Source: a virus
Strand: one strand, 5' to 3'
Virus record (IMG/VR): IMGVR_UViG_3300037296_000046
Span: 1 to 64,000 of that record
DNA length: 64,000 bases
In this document: piece after piece, positions 56,301 through 64,000 of the stretch
Layout: each line of letters starts with the position of its first letter
How positions within the stretch are numbered: position 1 is the stretch's first letter
Notes under the pieces: model-generated
The model's input: only the letters and a program-made list of their open reading frames with translations
Told to the model about the DNA's origin: nothing
Databases searched by the model: none
Position numbers and translations under genes: made by a program

Positions 56301-58331
56301 GCTCTTGATGGAGTTTACAATAGACGGGTTACTGGCAATGACAGTCAGAGCACTGTCCATCGTACCCAGCAGTTCACGGACCATCTCAGAGTTTTCATTC
56401 TCTGGTAGGTTCGCATTATTTACAGTCTGGGTGACAGAGGCAAAACGATCCAGTTCATTCCGAAGGTAGACATACATGTCAACTTTCTGGTCTTCAGTGG
56501 TAGCTTTGTCTTCCAGCTTTTGAAGCACCTTGTTGAACACCTGCATACGGTGAACAGCTTCGACAGGAGCACCAGTCTCATCCGTGATGTCTAGGATCAA
56601 ATCCTGCATCGTACCGGACTGTTGATCCAAGATGTCTAGGTTTACAAAGCTCTGGTCCTTGATCAGAGCAGCAGTATCCAAGTCTTCAGGTGTCTCAGAG
56701 GCTTCCAGTGCAGTGATCGTAGCAGCAGTAGCAGCTACCGTCCCGTCAATCGTTTCCAGAGTAGCCTTCTTACCCGATGGGTTAGAGGCATCCATATTGG
56801 CACGGTTCGTCTCTTTGACTGCTTCAATCTCTTTCTTAGCGAAGTCACGAGCACCATTCACACCTTTAGCAATGGTATTTCCGATACCATCACCAAGATC
56901 ATTTACAGCTTTGACACCTTCAACAGCAGTGTTGATAGCACCTGTAGCCAGCAATTGTGGACCCTGAGTACCAGCCACCATACCGATACCACCAGCGGCA
57001 CCCTGTGCAGTGTTCTCACCCACACCTTCCATGATGTCCTGAGTAGTATCAGCACCCGTAGAGATGGCGTAGTTCGTAGCCATTTGGCCCGTACCACCTT
57101 GGTATGCTTCTTCAGCAGTCTCACGGAACAGGTTGCCAATGATTTCAGCACGGCCAGCTTTAGCCAGTGGGTTAGCTTCAAAGTTTTTGACAGCGAAACC
57201 AGCCAACATAGCAACAGGCAATTGGATCGCAGCAGCCTTGATACCAGTCATGTTTGCAACACGGCTCTTGGCAGCATCAGGCTCCATGCCTTGTTCAATC
57301 AGTTCGTTATAATCTGGGGAGTTAGCTACCAGTTCCTCAGTTGTCATATCCATGACAGCAGTGACGGTCTGAGAGTGGACACCAGCAGCTTCAGTACCAG
57401 CAATGGAGGCAGGCACAGCAACACGAGCCAAGGTGTTAGCCATGGTTTCTTTGGCACTCATACCACCAAGCTGATTGATCAGAGCACGCTCAGTCTTCGT
57501 TACGAGGAATGGAGCAGCAGCTTTAGCTACCGTACCAGCAATCTTTGCCGATGGACCCAGAGAGCCAAGACCTTGAGCAGCTACAGATGCAAATTCTGTA
57601 GGGTTTTCAAGCAGCAGGCCACCAGAGTCCATGATGTCCAAACCAAAGCGGTGCAGTCCAGCAGTAAACTCACCAACTGTAGGATTAGATTTAGCCCATT
57701 CTTTCGTCTCACGAGCATTGTCAGCAGCATCACCTTGACGCTGGATACCCAAAATTTCTTGACGATCCTGATCTTCTTGGCTCTTACTCTTATTGGCCAA
57801 CTCGCTGAAATCATTGACACCTTCAATGACAGCGTTACCCCATTTGCTGAGGTAGTTGTCTTCAGAACCCATAGCTTCCAGAGCCATGCCCTCAAGGCTC
57901 AGACCAGCACCTAGGATTGAACCAGCAATGCCAACCGTACCATTGACTACATCTACGGAGAGGTCAGCAGCAGTGTCATACAAGCCACGATCTACTTCGA
58001 GCTTCTTAGCTACATTCTGACGAGCTTCATTTCCTTTGAAAGCACCATAGGCCACTTCTTCCCCATACTTCTGAACCAATCCACCAAAGGATTCGTTCTC
58101 GAAGTCAGCCATAACCTGAGCACCAATAGCTTCGTTGTTGTTATCACGAAGGGCATATTGCTGTTCAGCAAACGCAGGATCACCCAACATACGTTGAGCA
58201 ATCTCTTGGTTTGTAGGCATGTTAGGGACAGGGTTCAGTGGTGTCTCAGTGACAGCAGCTACGGCACCGAAGGTATTCAGTCCTTGGGAGAGGCTAGTTG
58301 TAGAAACTTTATTGCCTGCATCAGCGACCAT
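47361..58331 (-). CDS. Virion-encapsidated RNA polymerase (N4 gp50-like vRNAP)
   Basis: ~3650 aa; TKVGRH, motif A LEADGKTDGP, motif B RGVLKNPLTITVYGSG, motif C VFDG; no Cys seen; ATG 58331 with AAGGA RBS. Confidence 0.96.
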   Translation of the reverse strand: MVADAGNKVSTTSLSQGLNTFGAVAAVTETPLNPVPNMPTNQEIAQRMLGDPAFAEQQYALRDNNNEAIGAQVMADFENESFGGLVQKYGEEVAYGAFKGNEARQNVAKKLEVDRGLYDTAADLSVDVVNGTVGIAGSILGAGLSLEGMALEAMGSEDNYLSKWGNAVIEGVNDFSELANKSKSQEDQDRQEILGIQRQGDAADNARETKEWAKSNPTVGEFTAGLHRFGLDIMDSGGLLLENPTEFASVAAQGLGSLGPSAKIAGTVAKAAAPFLVTKTERALINQLGGMSAKETMANTLARVAVPASIAGTEAAGVHSQTVTAVMDMTTEELVANSPDYNELIEQGMEPDAAKSRVANMTGIKAAAIQLPVAMLAGFAVKNFEANPLAKAGRAEIIGNLFRETAEEAYQGGTGQMATNYAISTGADTTQDIMEGVGENTAQGAAGGIGMVAGTQGPQLLATGAINTAVEGVKAVNDLGDGIGNTIAKGVNGARDFAKKEIEAVKETNRANMDASNPSGKKATLETIDGTVAATAATITALEASETPEDLDTAALIKDQSFVNLDILDQQSGTMQDLILDITDETGAPVEAVHRMQVFNKVLQKLEDKATTEDQKVDMYVYLRNELDRFASVTQTVNNANLPENENSEMVRELLGTMDSALTVIASNPSIVNSIKSLAQIDDSAAPAPEVTPSSVARVDAVADVNPGGVNPEFARVVLDQEDDGDATYNEPRKKKLKTAANFSENASKAAQDRVDIEEERIESQNQGREEETKLKNGKNFKDVRQEIIAKDYKLRLSNGTSITLPSLSKHLINITNAVNKGTSVDQNGEDRTAPEQLQILGNFVQHQINKLNAYNESAGISSSDRSKDNKQFYQTVNIFKPLEMNEDKELYGEAYSQPTNPNHVSTARLVESDTNLAIDLYNDVVETYPELGGTKIEKVALAPVFGKRTKSDEAAPEAVVVPPKPKTPEAPAAPTGKASMKDVLIEAEDARLAEQALETAALEADIAEEAARKAKAEADVIAEEKRIAEMSEATAFEEAAKKPVEAVETVAEPVAPARPVKAGTGLKDAQIEAEDALLNLSEADAMEAAEKAANAPVEAEVEEAVEPVDPATEMNPNLAAVPGKLNRFVSALTRVKDKSKIADLLSPLTDLMAVINKGDDAIKDFMRNPTEYRINRKRTMAFQELMEISAPEIVKNVNERLKTVMFTKGVSMLDALNDLEGQKSKAGASVLDMRRGLALSLVDMKTQKYDKRLVETAVIAAMHYAMTTFDAPFKSRKDIAEIMGLEEGNITQNEVNAFNFGKPSEQIREEMGREIMRFWGVKVDSKQSLSNTQGLAEALGAELFMVMTNDQEILANKRSKDKDGNYNDSGYVEKDSKSGFFTRKKFQIVREIGGKDVTIEMLSISGKTPLVANIKEEVGPAISMFEDMSFEEKSDTKVRIGSKHTALPKTQKNNKYIDITDYEQKTLKALQNIAFMRNSPFLGMMQAIGKQEFEFLLGSKSEDDTLTNKNHLESIVGKNTSLRNGFDGVMDHDARVKEWALENGADANQTPSYYNWYITKVGRHHMEGFGPQSDKIAREAFIATVSKLDMSKPEDQQLFWMTVAQSSGIVKTEYQFRSVSIETVQDKLNKKYGESLEAMVQWYARSRETGRADEQMLPSEIEAMKAEIGQGGSAKLMHSLLAVAKLNYALASQDFTEITEFEHMLSLEADGKTDGPINAMMHYVTGAFTAEQLRLLAKGGWFANVRDKTLNDHYQNRAEGESEDLYDEAAQDLKRELSDLSIKLRQQGNEEVIDRFDAMMRLLSKFGELKFNEDSGEYEIGRGVLKNPLTITVYGSGQDGIASNVTNAMMEMIYESMTNDMQGNQSNISDYFIKLDEDAVFEDEYAEGETKFEDDIRLLFDGKIRITKKGKYWLDDAPVGDLAFSDKVGFTFSGKQFENAKNNIRILLVDPMGNSIDKLMGETSLTTEMLQKATQIQSAVMIKMFNARVAERLEEIRQEEGNANADFLSDAELGAIYRELMPYGAVIGDDFQPIDVGSARKGESEYTLATTMDDKLAGASSIQSPSIAGVRISPSLTISRGDANMMNIYYQMIDYSIRTLPVFDGQEAAADEMDKVSQDMNQASFEGWQINAIRPVSNSFNAFMRLDPLAEFSDDVVHEIFKLVSPYEDTLDARTTLGIMMKSVHKNLNTMSNKRDARIEAMSSILSSTDHMASAESAYTHEGDLIEGDIVDELNKRTREAYERITDEGDKVEKQNKPFKALVKKYGQEIEGMGMTVMDGETYITMMENDPNLSDDLKILLSTMKGNMPKGMTFAFGSAKDLTEYRDLMPIKGAAKSRISKGQIDFDNNIVYVANQSAETAMHEAVHAATFQKIYSYYMNQNTLKPAAQDAVKRLEAFMNDFMNSDMTYDTPQMQEVADNAKAQIQKWKSKESKLGALAQAGALNEYMAWTLTNQNLIKLAKESRNMNVLTQLTKKVKTLMARLFGSNKGDIFSNVLFNTQLVLNDDNGYTYNVPAVVRLNQSFPSSKSRLKAVAQRFDEKVASILTRESIVDPFIYENTEFADVKGAILASNTAAAFASNGFPMDALQRQTFMSVTTAMATVMKMDSLALVRAQKLYDLVMEDLTPADFLENPEMEDPQNNAPSEWVEANKKFQTLTGGNGIFKDAQGNSSLLSSFLALNQTDEGFREVLARKAIPKAAQLDFSSMDKAVDSLGNSFVDLLSVSIKNEGAKNSNVQEALDNLTETLGAIEVDTNTLLENTVQGLAEAGDARISKFMDRNGERLGSFADKSLKGETNKLKRAAFQSMNLMSGIMSQTRGAALADAAIAFANQNKNTHVIPMKEILIEVIGMTDENKAVLRMLNIVKAKVSAQRQHYRIDLPVILNSKFKTKLTEQEHKHLFQAIGKTGIANVGSLKVSQIIDMFTDESKLLDRIKKLETEIGKHPKGAQYISKSKQLAKFNVTGIAGDNLLRNADAIARLLNTTDKIGVPKADMVKAIRELVTLYGMEGQEQVAKDTMKRLAEEDYDALSFMMLTVAAQSLAESKKENGKMLTAKLNAYHGFIPHEAQDGVKLTIADDSDHEKMIRQGFIRVKDYVGEGRSIDRTRKGYYFSTVSGKSSYLQGVMQTVQDSYFGVDPMTGRTTSGILVSGSYGGDTVGAVTKWISKRQGLGNNAENNPNESLLPIFNDKGDVIGYERSVDPEVATTLNRKENLIEMMGAWAGRQSEESMAQQFNQALVDRLHERWIEDKKTNREREYIDISASSDKVWKDTWGTIPPATKAYIAKVYGENGGFMVREDLINNALGYRNPSVGDLWTGATRVPKEWSEKFSKEISDFFGMDSFRYIVTGEKALQTAVSTAKDWIVIRSVVVPSINIASNIQQLASRGVPYRDIFKGMRKVIVEITAHIRNQKKLKLIDTEINAAGGDTNKLRKLNARREAVLDAERRLSIAPLLAAGEFSTISEGMTELDESLTNGGYVDWIKDQVEKVSKKFKVELNDTGKAIYDNALVEPNTSLYQGMSRAVQYGDFLGKAIMYQHILDTDKLSPQDAMDKVSNEFVNFNINPGRTRSYSESIGLTWFWNFKLRIMKTALAMARENPLRTMMLTTGVGMAGLDLGSPVTDNFMAVWLSDRLGYSVGWDMLWSFPSLNPWINLSS

Positions 58332-58350
58332 GGTGAATTCCTTGAATGGC

Positions 58351-58379
58351 AAAAAGGGGAGAAACTTGTTCCCCCCCTT
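58351..58379 (-). terminator. Rho-independent terminator just upstream of vRNAP
   Basis: Minus strand AAGGGGGGAA-CAAG-TTTCTCCCCCTTTTT. Confidence 0.65.
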
Positions 58380-58419
58380 CTAACAGTAGTGTTCAATCTA
58401 AGGCCAGAGGATTGTGACC

Positions 58420-60792
58420 TTAGCTTTGGTTCGTTTGCTGCAAGATAAGAGCCAAGTCTTGCATGATCTGGGCCTTCTGTGGACTAGGAACCATTTGGTT
58501 CTCATTCACTTCAGCCATAGCCTGTTGAACAGCAGCAGACCGTTCAGCAGCAGGCATATCAGCAGACATGATTGCCCCACCAAGACCGGTCAGTTTCTCA
58601 ACCATATTCATGGATTCGTTCATGGTTTCAGTAATACCCGGACGACCATCAAGACCAACCGTAGTATTATTACGGTTTACAGCAGCACTGATACCATCTG
58701 CACCTGCATTTGGGTTATCCCCATTAGCAACGTCTTTTTGACCTTGGTTAAGAGCCTGACTATTACCCTGAGCAGACATCATCTGTTGAATCAGATCATC
58801 ACGAGTTTTGATCATCTCATCAGTTGGGCCTTTACCAGTGCCATTTTTCAGACGTTCTTCTTCCAATTGGATCGCATTAGATTTCAATTGGATGCTGTTA
58901 TTGATTTGATCCAATTGAGCACGTTCATTGTCCAACTGGCTGGAACGAGTAGCAGCATCACGCTGTGCTTGTGGTGTCCAACGCTCTTTGATCAGCTTGT
59001 TAGCAACCTGAATGTCGATCTGACGTTCACCTACGTTGGCTGCATCACGATAACCTGCACCAGTACCAGCCCACTGAAAGTCGAGAGGGTTTGAACCACG
59101 AACAGATTCGACCAAGAATTCTTTAGCTACTGCGGGAGAAAGATTTGGGTTTTCTTTCAACAGGTAATTAATTGCATCAACGATCTGAGTTTCAGTGTTA
59201 CCTACACTTGGCAAATCTGTAAGCAGTTCAGCAGCAACAGCAGTAGCATCCATACCATCTTCGGCACGGCGAACCGAACGAAGAACAGGATCACCATCCT
59301 CAGCAATGTTAAGAGCACTCAGGGTAGTATCGTAAGCTGTCTTCAGTGCGCCTGCCTGTGGAATAACAGGTGCATTAAGTGGGGTCTGGAAGTCAGCAGC
59401 AGCTACACCACCTTCAGCACCAAACTGGCCTAGAGCAGCCTTTAGCAGATCAGGAGCCAAGCCTAGACCTTGAAGCTGTGCCTTAGCCTCTGCTTCAGTA
59501 GTAGTCGTCATGGCAGCCTTTTGAGCAAGGCTCAAGGAGTCAGTAGCTACCTGTGAATCACTACGACGAATGTTCTCATTGTAGACATCGTTTGCAAAAG
59601 TGAAATCACTTGTGCGATCTGCCTGACGCTGTTCTTGACCAATACCAAATGCGTCTTGGTTTCCTTTAGTGAATTCAAGCCACTTCTCAGGAGATACAGC
59701 ATTACCTTCAATACCAGCTAGACCAGCCAAGCTACTTTGGAAGTCAGCATTACTAGCCCGACCAGTACCAGTACCGCCAGTCATACGAAGCATGTTTGCT
59801 TCTTCTTGACGACGACCAGCATTGACGCCTTCGTTATGCCCCTTCAAGCCTTCGATACCTTTAGCAGCACCTTCAAAGTCACCATTACGGAGAGCAGCAG
59901 CAATTGGTTTAGCGTAATCTTTATCCCAGAACCCTGTACCATAGTTATAAGTAATAGAGTCTACAGCAGCTTGCTGAGTAGAGTTCATACCACTGTAAAC
60001 ACTATCACCAACAGCAGCTACAACAGCAGGACGGAATTCAGTATCAATACGGCGTTGAAGATCACGAGAAGCATCTTCACGAGTTACCGTAGTACCTTTG
60101 TTCACACGCTCAATGCTACCATCTGGACGTGTTACCGTATCAGAACCAAAGCCTGTACGTTGAGCCGTGACATCAAAGTAGGCACCTTCACTAAAGCCTT
60201 CTTTGGAAGCGATGTAGTCGAACGAGTTGGTTCCCCCACCAGAATTGGGAGCACCAGAGTTCTGATGACCAATGCCAAAGTTACCACCAATAGCACCTTC
60301 ACGAGCACCAACGATGTCACCAGCTTGGCTCATAAGCTGATCTTCAGAGGCAATACGACGAGTGAAGTCGATACCTGTACGACCTTCAGCACCACGTTCA
60401 CTGTCAGCCTGAGCATTGTAGAGATTGCCCTGAGCATCATACAGACCACTCTTGGAGCCTTCTGTACCAGCTTGGGAACGAGTGAGAGCGTTGCCTGTGG
60501 CATCCTTACGAAGCCCAAGCATAGCTTCACGCAGAGCAGGAGACATGTTCTCAGGGGCTACGTTCTTGCTAACGTAGTCCAAGAAGCCGGGAATTTCAGC
60601 CTCATTTTTGACACCGACCAGTTCAGGGATCGCCCCGTTACTGACACGTTCCTGAGTACGCAAACGGCTGCTCTCTAGGGTTTGACCCAGAGCATCGAAC
60701 CCATTGTTGAAGCTCGAATTAGCATTACGTAGGATGTCAGATGCACCAGTCAGGTTAGGTGCAGCAATTTGATCCCATTTTAGATCAGCCAT
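58420..60792 (-). CDS. Ejection/internal virion protein (N4 gp51-like) with lysozyme (GH24-like) domain
   Basis: W..I.AP N-terminus; KEGF...AY.D.....TGFG, YNYG, RRQEEANML lysozyme motifs; no Cys seen. Confidence 0.8.
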   Translation of the reverse strand: MADLKWDQIAAPNLTGASDILRNANSSFNNGFDALGQTLESSRLRTQERVSNGAIPELVGVKNEAEIPGFLDYVSKNVAPENMSPALREAMLGLRKDATGNALTRSQAGTEGSKSGLYDAQGNLYNAQADSERGAEGRTGIDFTRRIASEDQLMSQAGDIVGAREGAIGGNFGIGHQNSGAPNSGGGTNSFDYIASKEGFSEGAYFDVTAQRTGFGSDTVTRPDGSIERVNKGTTVTREDASRDLQRRIDTEFRPAVVAAVGDSVYSGMNSTQQAAVDSITYNYGTGFWDKDYAKPIAAALRNGDFEGAAKGIEGLKGHNEGVNAGRRQEEANMLRMTGGTGTGRASNADFQSSLAGLAGIEGNAVSPEKWLEFTKGNQDAFGIGQEQRQADRTSDFTFANDVYNENIRRSDSQVATDSLSLAQKAAMTTTTEAEAKAQLQGLGLAPDLLKAALGQFGAEGGVAAADFQTPLNAPVIPQAGALKTAYDTTLSALNIAEDGDPVLRSVRRAEDGMDATAVAAELLTDLPSVGNTETQIVDAINYLLKENPNLSPAVAKEFLVESVRGSNPLDFQWAGTGAGYRDAANVGERQIDIQVANKLIKERWTPQAQRDAATRSSQLDNERAQLDQINNSIQLKSNAIQLEEERLKNGTGKGPTDEMIKTRDDLIQQMMSAQGNSQALNQGQKDVANGDNPNAGADGISAAVNRNNTTVGLDGRPGITETMNESMNMVEKLTGLGGAIMSADMPAAERSAAVQQAMAEVNENQMVPSPQKAQIMQDLALILQQTNQS

Positions 60793-60814
60793 GATGTTTT
60801 CCTATACCTTGAAA

Positions 60815-61366
60815 TTACAGTTTGTGTTCATCAAGGTACGAATTAGCTTCGTCACTGGACTTGCCCTCGAATTTATACCGAGACTTAATACGATCTTCTA
60901 ATGTCGTATTATAGTTCTGGGTAGTATTTTCAAGGTTAGTTTGGTAAGCCTCTTTCTGGAAGCTCAGTTGCTCACGAGCCATCTTGGTTTGCTGATACGA
61001 GTTGTACAAGTTGCCAAATGCCTGAAGGCCACCCACCAAGGTCTGAGCCGTACCCATGTTCCAACCGAAACCAGAGCCACCATCTGCACCAGCAATGGCC
61101 GTTTTGCCAAGACCAGCTTGAGGATCACCGTTCAGAATGTTCGCTGTCACAGCACTGATGTCAGTAGCAGGAGCACCCACAGTTGCACCTACACCACCCA
61201 TGACACCAGTTGGTGCAGCAATAGCAGGTGCAGAGATAGCAGGAGGTGCCACTTGTGGCATCATCGCATTACCCATGCCCCATTGACCCATGGCGTTAGG
61301 ATCGGCTGCCCCTACTCCGGGATAGCTATAGCCACCAGTAGCCACCCCCATATCTGTATAATTCAT
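60815..61366 (-). CDS. N4 gp52-like small virion/ejection protein
   Basis: Gly/Ala-rich, AREQL.FQK...TN...NYNT.LEDR C-terminus; synteny. Confidence 0.8.
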   Translation of the reverse strand: MNYTDMGVATGGYSYPGVGAADPNAMGQWGMGNAMMPQVAPPAISAPAIAAPTGVMGGVGATVGAPATDISAVTANILNGDPQAGLGKTAIAGADGGSGFGWNMGTAQTLVGGLQAFGNLYNSYQQTKMAREQLSFQKEAYQTNLENTTQNYNTTLEDRIKSRYKFEGKSSDEANSYLDEHKL

Positions 61367-61379
61367 ATCCAGTCCTCAC

Positions 61380-64000
61380 TTAGCTGTCTGGTAGTTGAAG
61401 GTTAATAGCCACATAATCATAGATCATAGAGTAGCTTAGGTCGATCAGGTCAGTACCAACCATCGTAGTTCGTCCAATAAACTCACTAGATGTTTCATCT
61501 GTATAGACATCCTCAAATGCGTTTGTGAACATCATTGGATTGATAACTGCACCGGAGGAGGTCAAATCCTGCATCTTCTCATTGAGAGCAGCAGATTCAG
61601 TCTCGTACTCTTTTTGTGCCGCTTCCATCTCTGCATAGGTTTCAAGAATGTCTGCCCGTGCCCAACCACTATAGGCGTTTACGCCCACGTTGGTAAGCTG
61701 CAAAAGGTTATCCATTCGCATCATGTTACCCCAGTTCATGCCAATCTGACCGTCAGTCATATAACTGGTCATGCCCTGCATCGCTACAAAGCCAGCAATA
61801 GCACCAATAACAGCACCCCATTTGGCACCGAATAGCTTCACACTGACTTCACTGATGAGGCTTGTAAGGATCATTGCTGCAATGGCATTAACGGCAGCAC
61901 CCACAAGCAAGGCCGAGGTTCCTGACAGTCCCAGCAAGCCTCCTACGGCTGCGTTGGTTCCAAGGATACCACCCGTCACAGCACCAGCAGGAGCAAAATA
62001 GACAGTGATTACAGCAATGGCGATCACGAAGATGACCTTAAAGATACCCTTCTGATACCACTTCTGTTTAGTCACCTTGTAGCAATTGAAGATCAGAAAC
62101 GTATTACAAGTTGTAAGCTGTGTAGAATCAACAATGCTAAGCTCACGCATAGTCGGGTTGTGCATTGGGATAAGCAATGCAGATTCATCTAGATCAGCCA
62201 AAGCATCTTTAGAATGAGTATCTACAGAACGACCATCGTATACGAAATTTTGATGAACCAAGCCACGAACTGTCAGACGGCGATATGAATCATCCGTGTC
62301 CTGCCAGTCGATATATAGGTTATGAATTTCAGATACGTCATACTGTTTGTTGTCACCACTCTCAGTGAGAGTACCGATTTCTTCTTCCCAGACATCTGAT
62401 GGCCCATGGCTCATACGGATGTCATTGTATTTAATATTGGAAGCAATCTTACCCTGAATGATTTCCTCTTTAATAGTGACCCAATTGAGTCGCATATCAT
62501 AGGATTCCACACGCTCATCATTAGATTTGATATTGATCGTGGTGAACTGTGGTGTCGTTAAAGTAGACTTTGCAGGTGCAGGTGTACCGTACCGAGCAGA
62601 TTCGGTATTCTGTTGCTGAGTGTACCAGTCTTCATAATTGGAGATAGCACCTTGGTGTAAGTCTTTCTCCAATAAGAAATTCTCATAGTCAGTACCACTG
62701 GTTCCTTGAAATGGAATCAGGTTACGGAAGAACTGATAGAGATACCGTTTACCAGCACGATCTTTAGCATTGAGTGGAACACCAAAAACCATGAAACAAT
62801 AGTCGATGTCGTCAATGGATTCATTGTCATTAACACTATCCAAGATTTTACTGATGTTATCACCAGTAAGTTTACGGTAGGCAGCATTACAGGCAGGATA
62901 AAAATCCTCACCATACTCTGTGCCACCAAGATCAAAACCTAGAATACCCCCACCAAACTTGTCTTCATCAATGCTGGAATTCTTGATCCGCAAAGGAATG
63001 AATGGAAAGAACTCTTGAAGGTCTTCAGCACTCTCAGTCTGCAAGCCATTGAGTGCAGTACGAGCACCACCAAGACGGTAGACCATGATCTTATATTCAC
63101 CCACTCGTTCATCAGGGTAGTTGTAATACACGTCATCACGATACTTCCAACGAGGAGCCAAGAACTCAACCGTCTCAGTTGTCGTTGTGGTTTTGGTTAC
63201 ACCACCACCCATATCTTCTTCAACGACTGTGACAGTATCAGTGCTATCTACAAACGCATATCGCCACACACGGTGAGTATCAATTCGACTACGAGGACGG
63301 ATGCTATTCTGAATACCTTCATATTCTTCAAATGTGTAAGACAACCGTTCTTCGTATTTGGTATCTGTATAGGGCTGAACCGTAGTAGTGGATTCAGGAG
63401 GTGTGGCATCCGAATAGGTTACGTCTACAACAGTTGTTTCATTCAAAGAGACAGCTTCATTGGTCAGAACCAATGTCTCATCCAGAACGTAATTATCAAA
63501 GGTAGGCAGCAGAGTTTCATCATAGAAGAACTCGCTTGGATCACCTAGCTCAAGAGCACTGCTCTCTTCTGGCTTAGAGAAGTAGTAATATGCAATGACG
63601 TAATCCTTGAACTTATCATAGCCTGTGGCATCAATGATTTCTACTGAGGTATCCTCATACTGAATGATAATCTCATTATCTTCAGAATTGTAATCACAGG
63701 TCCAGTTGCTATCAATCAACTCAGGATATGTGGCAAAGATATACTTCTCAGCAAGGTAAAAGTAGTTTGCAGCTTCTACAAATGCACGTTGTACAACAGT
63801 CACCAACCCTTCAGGTGGAGGGAACTCATCAATGATGAGTTGTTTGTCTACAGGGAAACTGGATGTAATAGAACTGGTTGGCATACCCAGAGCATAGTTA
63901 TTCTTCGCCCATGTGAAGAAGCGGCGTTGCTTCATTCCCGGACCATTCAAGTGAGCATTAACGAGTGTCTCACCTAGTCCCTTGTCTAGATCATTAGCAA
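61380..64000 (-). CDS. N4 gp53-like structural protein (5' truncated by window edge)
   Basis: Frame stays open to the window end (ANDLDKGLGETLVNAHLNGPG...); FFPFIPLR, KWYQKGIFK plus hydrophobic C-terminal region. Confidence 0.8.
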   Translation of the reverse strand, partial: ANDLDKGLGETLVNAHLNGPGMKQRRFFTWAKNNYALGMPTSSITSSFPVDKQLIIDEFPPPEGLVTVVQRAFVEAANYFYLAEKYIFATYPELIDSNWTCDYNSEDNEIIIQYEDTSVEIIDATGYDKFKDYVIAYYYFSKPEESSALELGDPSEFFYDETLLPTFDNYVLDETLVLTNEAVSLNETTVVDVTYSDATPPESTTTVQPYTDTKYEERLSYTFEEYEGIQNSIRPRSRIDTHRVWRYAFVDSTDTVTVVEEDMGGGVTKTTTTTETVEFLAPRWKYRDDVYYNYPDERVGEYKIMVYRLGGARTALNGLQTESAEDLQEFFPFIPLRIKNSSIDEDKFGGGILGFDLGGTEYGEDFYPACNAAYRKLTGDNISKILDSVNDNESIDDIDYCFMVFGVPLNAKDRAGKRYLYQFFRNLIPFQGTSGTDYENFLLEKDLHQGAISNYEDWYTQQQNTESARYGTPAPAKSTLTTPQFTTINIKSNDERVESYDMRLNWVTIKEEIIQGKIASNIKYNDIRMSHGPSDVWEEEIGTLTESGDNKQYDVSEIHNLYIDWQDTDDSYRRLTVRGLVHQNFVYDGRSVDTHSKDALADLDESALLIPMHNPTMRELSIVDSTQLTTCNTFLIFNCYKVTKQKWYQKGIFKVIFVIAIAVITVYFAPAGAVTGGILGTNAAVGGLLGLSGTSALLVGAAVNAIAAMILTSLISEVSVKLFGAKWGAVIGAIAGFVAMQGMTSYMTDGQIGMNWGNMMRMDNLLQLTNVGVNAYSGWARADILETYAEMEAAQKEYETESAALNEKMQDLTSSGAVINPMMFTNAFEDVYTDETSSEFIGRTTMVGTDLIDLSYSMIYDYVAINLQLPDS

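Noticed and set aside
47884-60678. Many long + strand ORFs (e.g. 53484-54314, 56955-57914, 59737-60678) antisense to vRNAP/gp51
   Set aside because: Shadow frames from codon bias; Ser/Thr-rich nonsense translations, no RBS or motifs
1-64000. Integrase, repressor, transposase, intron/intein or recoded stop codons
   Set aside because: None recognised; core genes (TerL, NrdJ, PolA, vRNAP) are uninterrupted in the standard code

Overview
About 64 kb of an N4-like lytic podophage genome (Schitoviridae). The host is probably an alphaproteobacterium of the Rhodobacteraceae/Roseobacter group (inferred from an HvrA-like H-NS, a class II NrdJ and an SxRPxxRP-like motif peptide). The assembly is circularly permuted. 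1-6.5 kb holds the right-arm late genes (tail fibres, gp67-like adaptor, terminase). The physical genome ends probably lie at ~8.5-9.06 kb. Then come the early region (two vRNAP hairpin promoters, gp1/gp2-like genes), the two-subunit RNAP II, nucleotide-metabolism genes (NrdJ, Dcd, ThyX, kinase), rIIA/rIIB, the replication module (helicase, PolA, exonuclease, primase, Sak4-like ATPase, SSB, resolvase), and on the minus strand the 3.6-kaa virion RNA polymerase and ejection/structural proteins. The most unusual element is a ~0.9 kb island between the helicase and the gp38-like/DNA polymerase genes (36.3-37.2 kb). It holds tRNA-Arg(CCU), a ~200-nt T-loop-rich structured RNA, a two-domain Tad2 (DUF2829) signal-sponge fusion and an 80-nt non-canonical tRNA-like RNA ending in CCA. 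A stand-alone phage H-NS gene and a secreted TAXI-type solute-binding protein lie upstream. All family assignments are from motif recognition and synteny by eye; no searches or folding programs were run.
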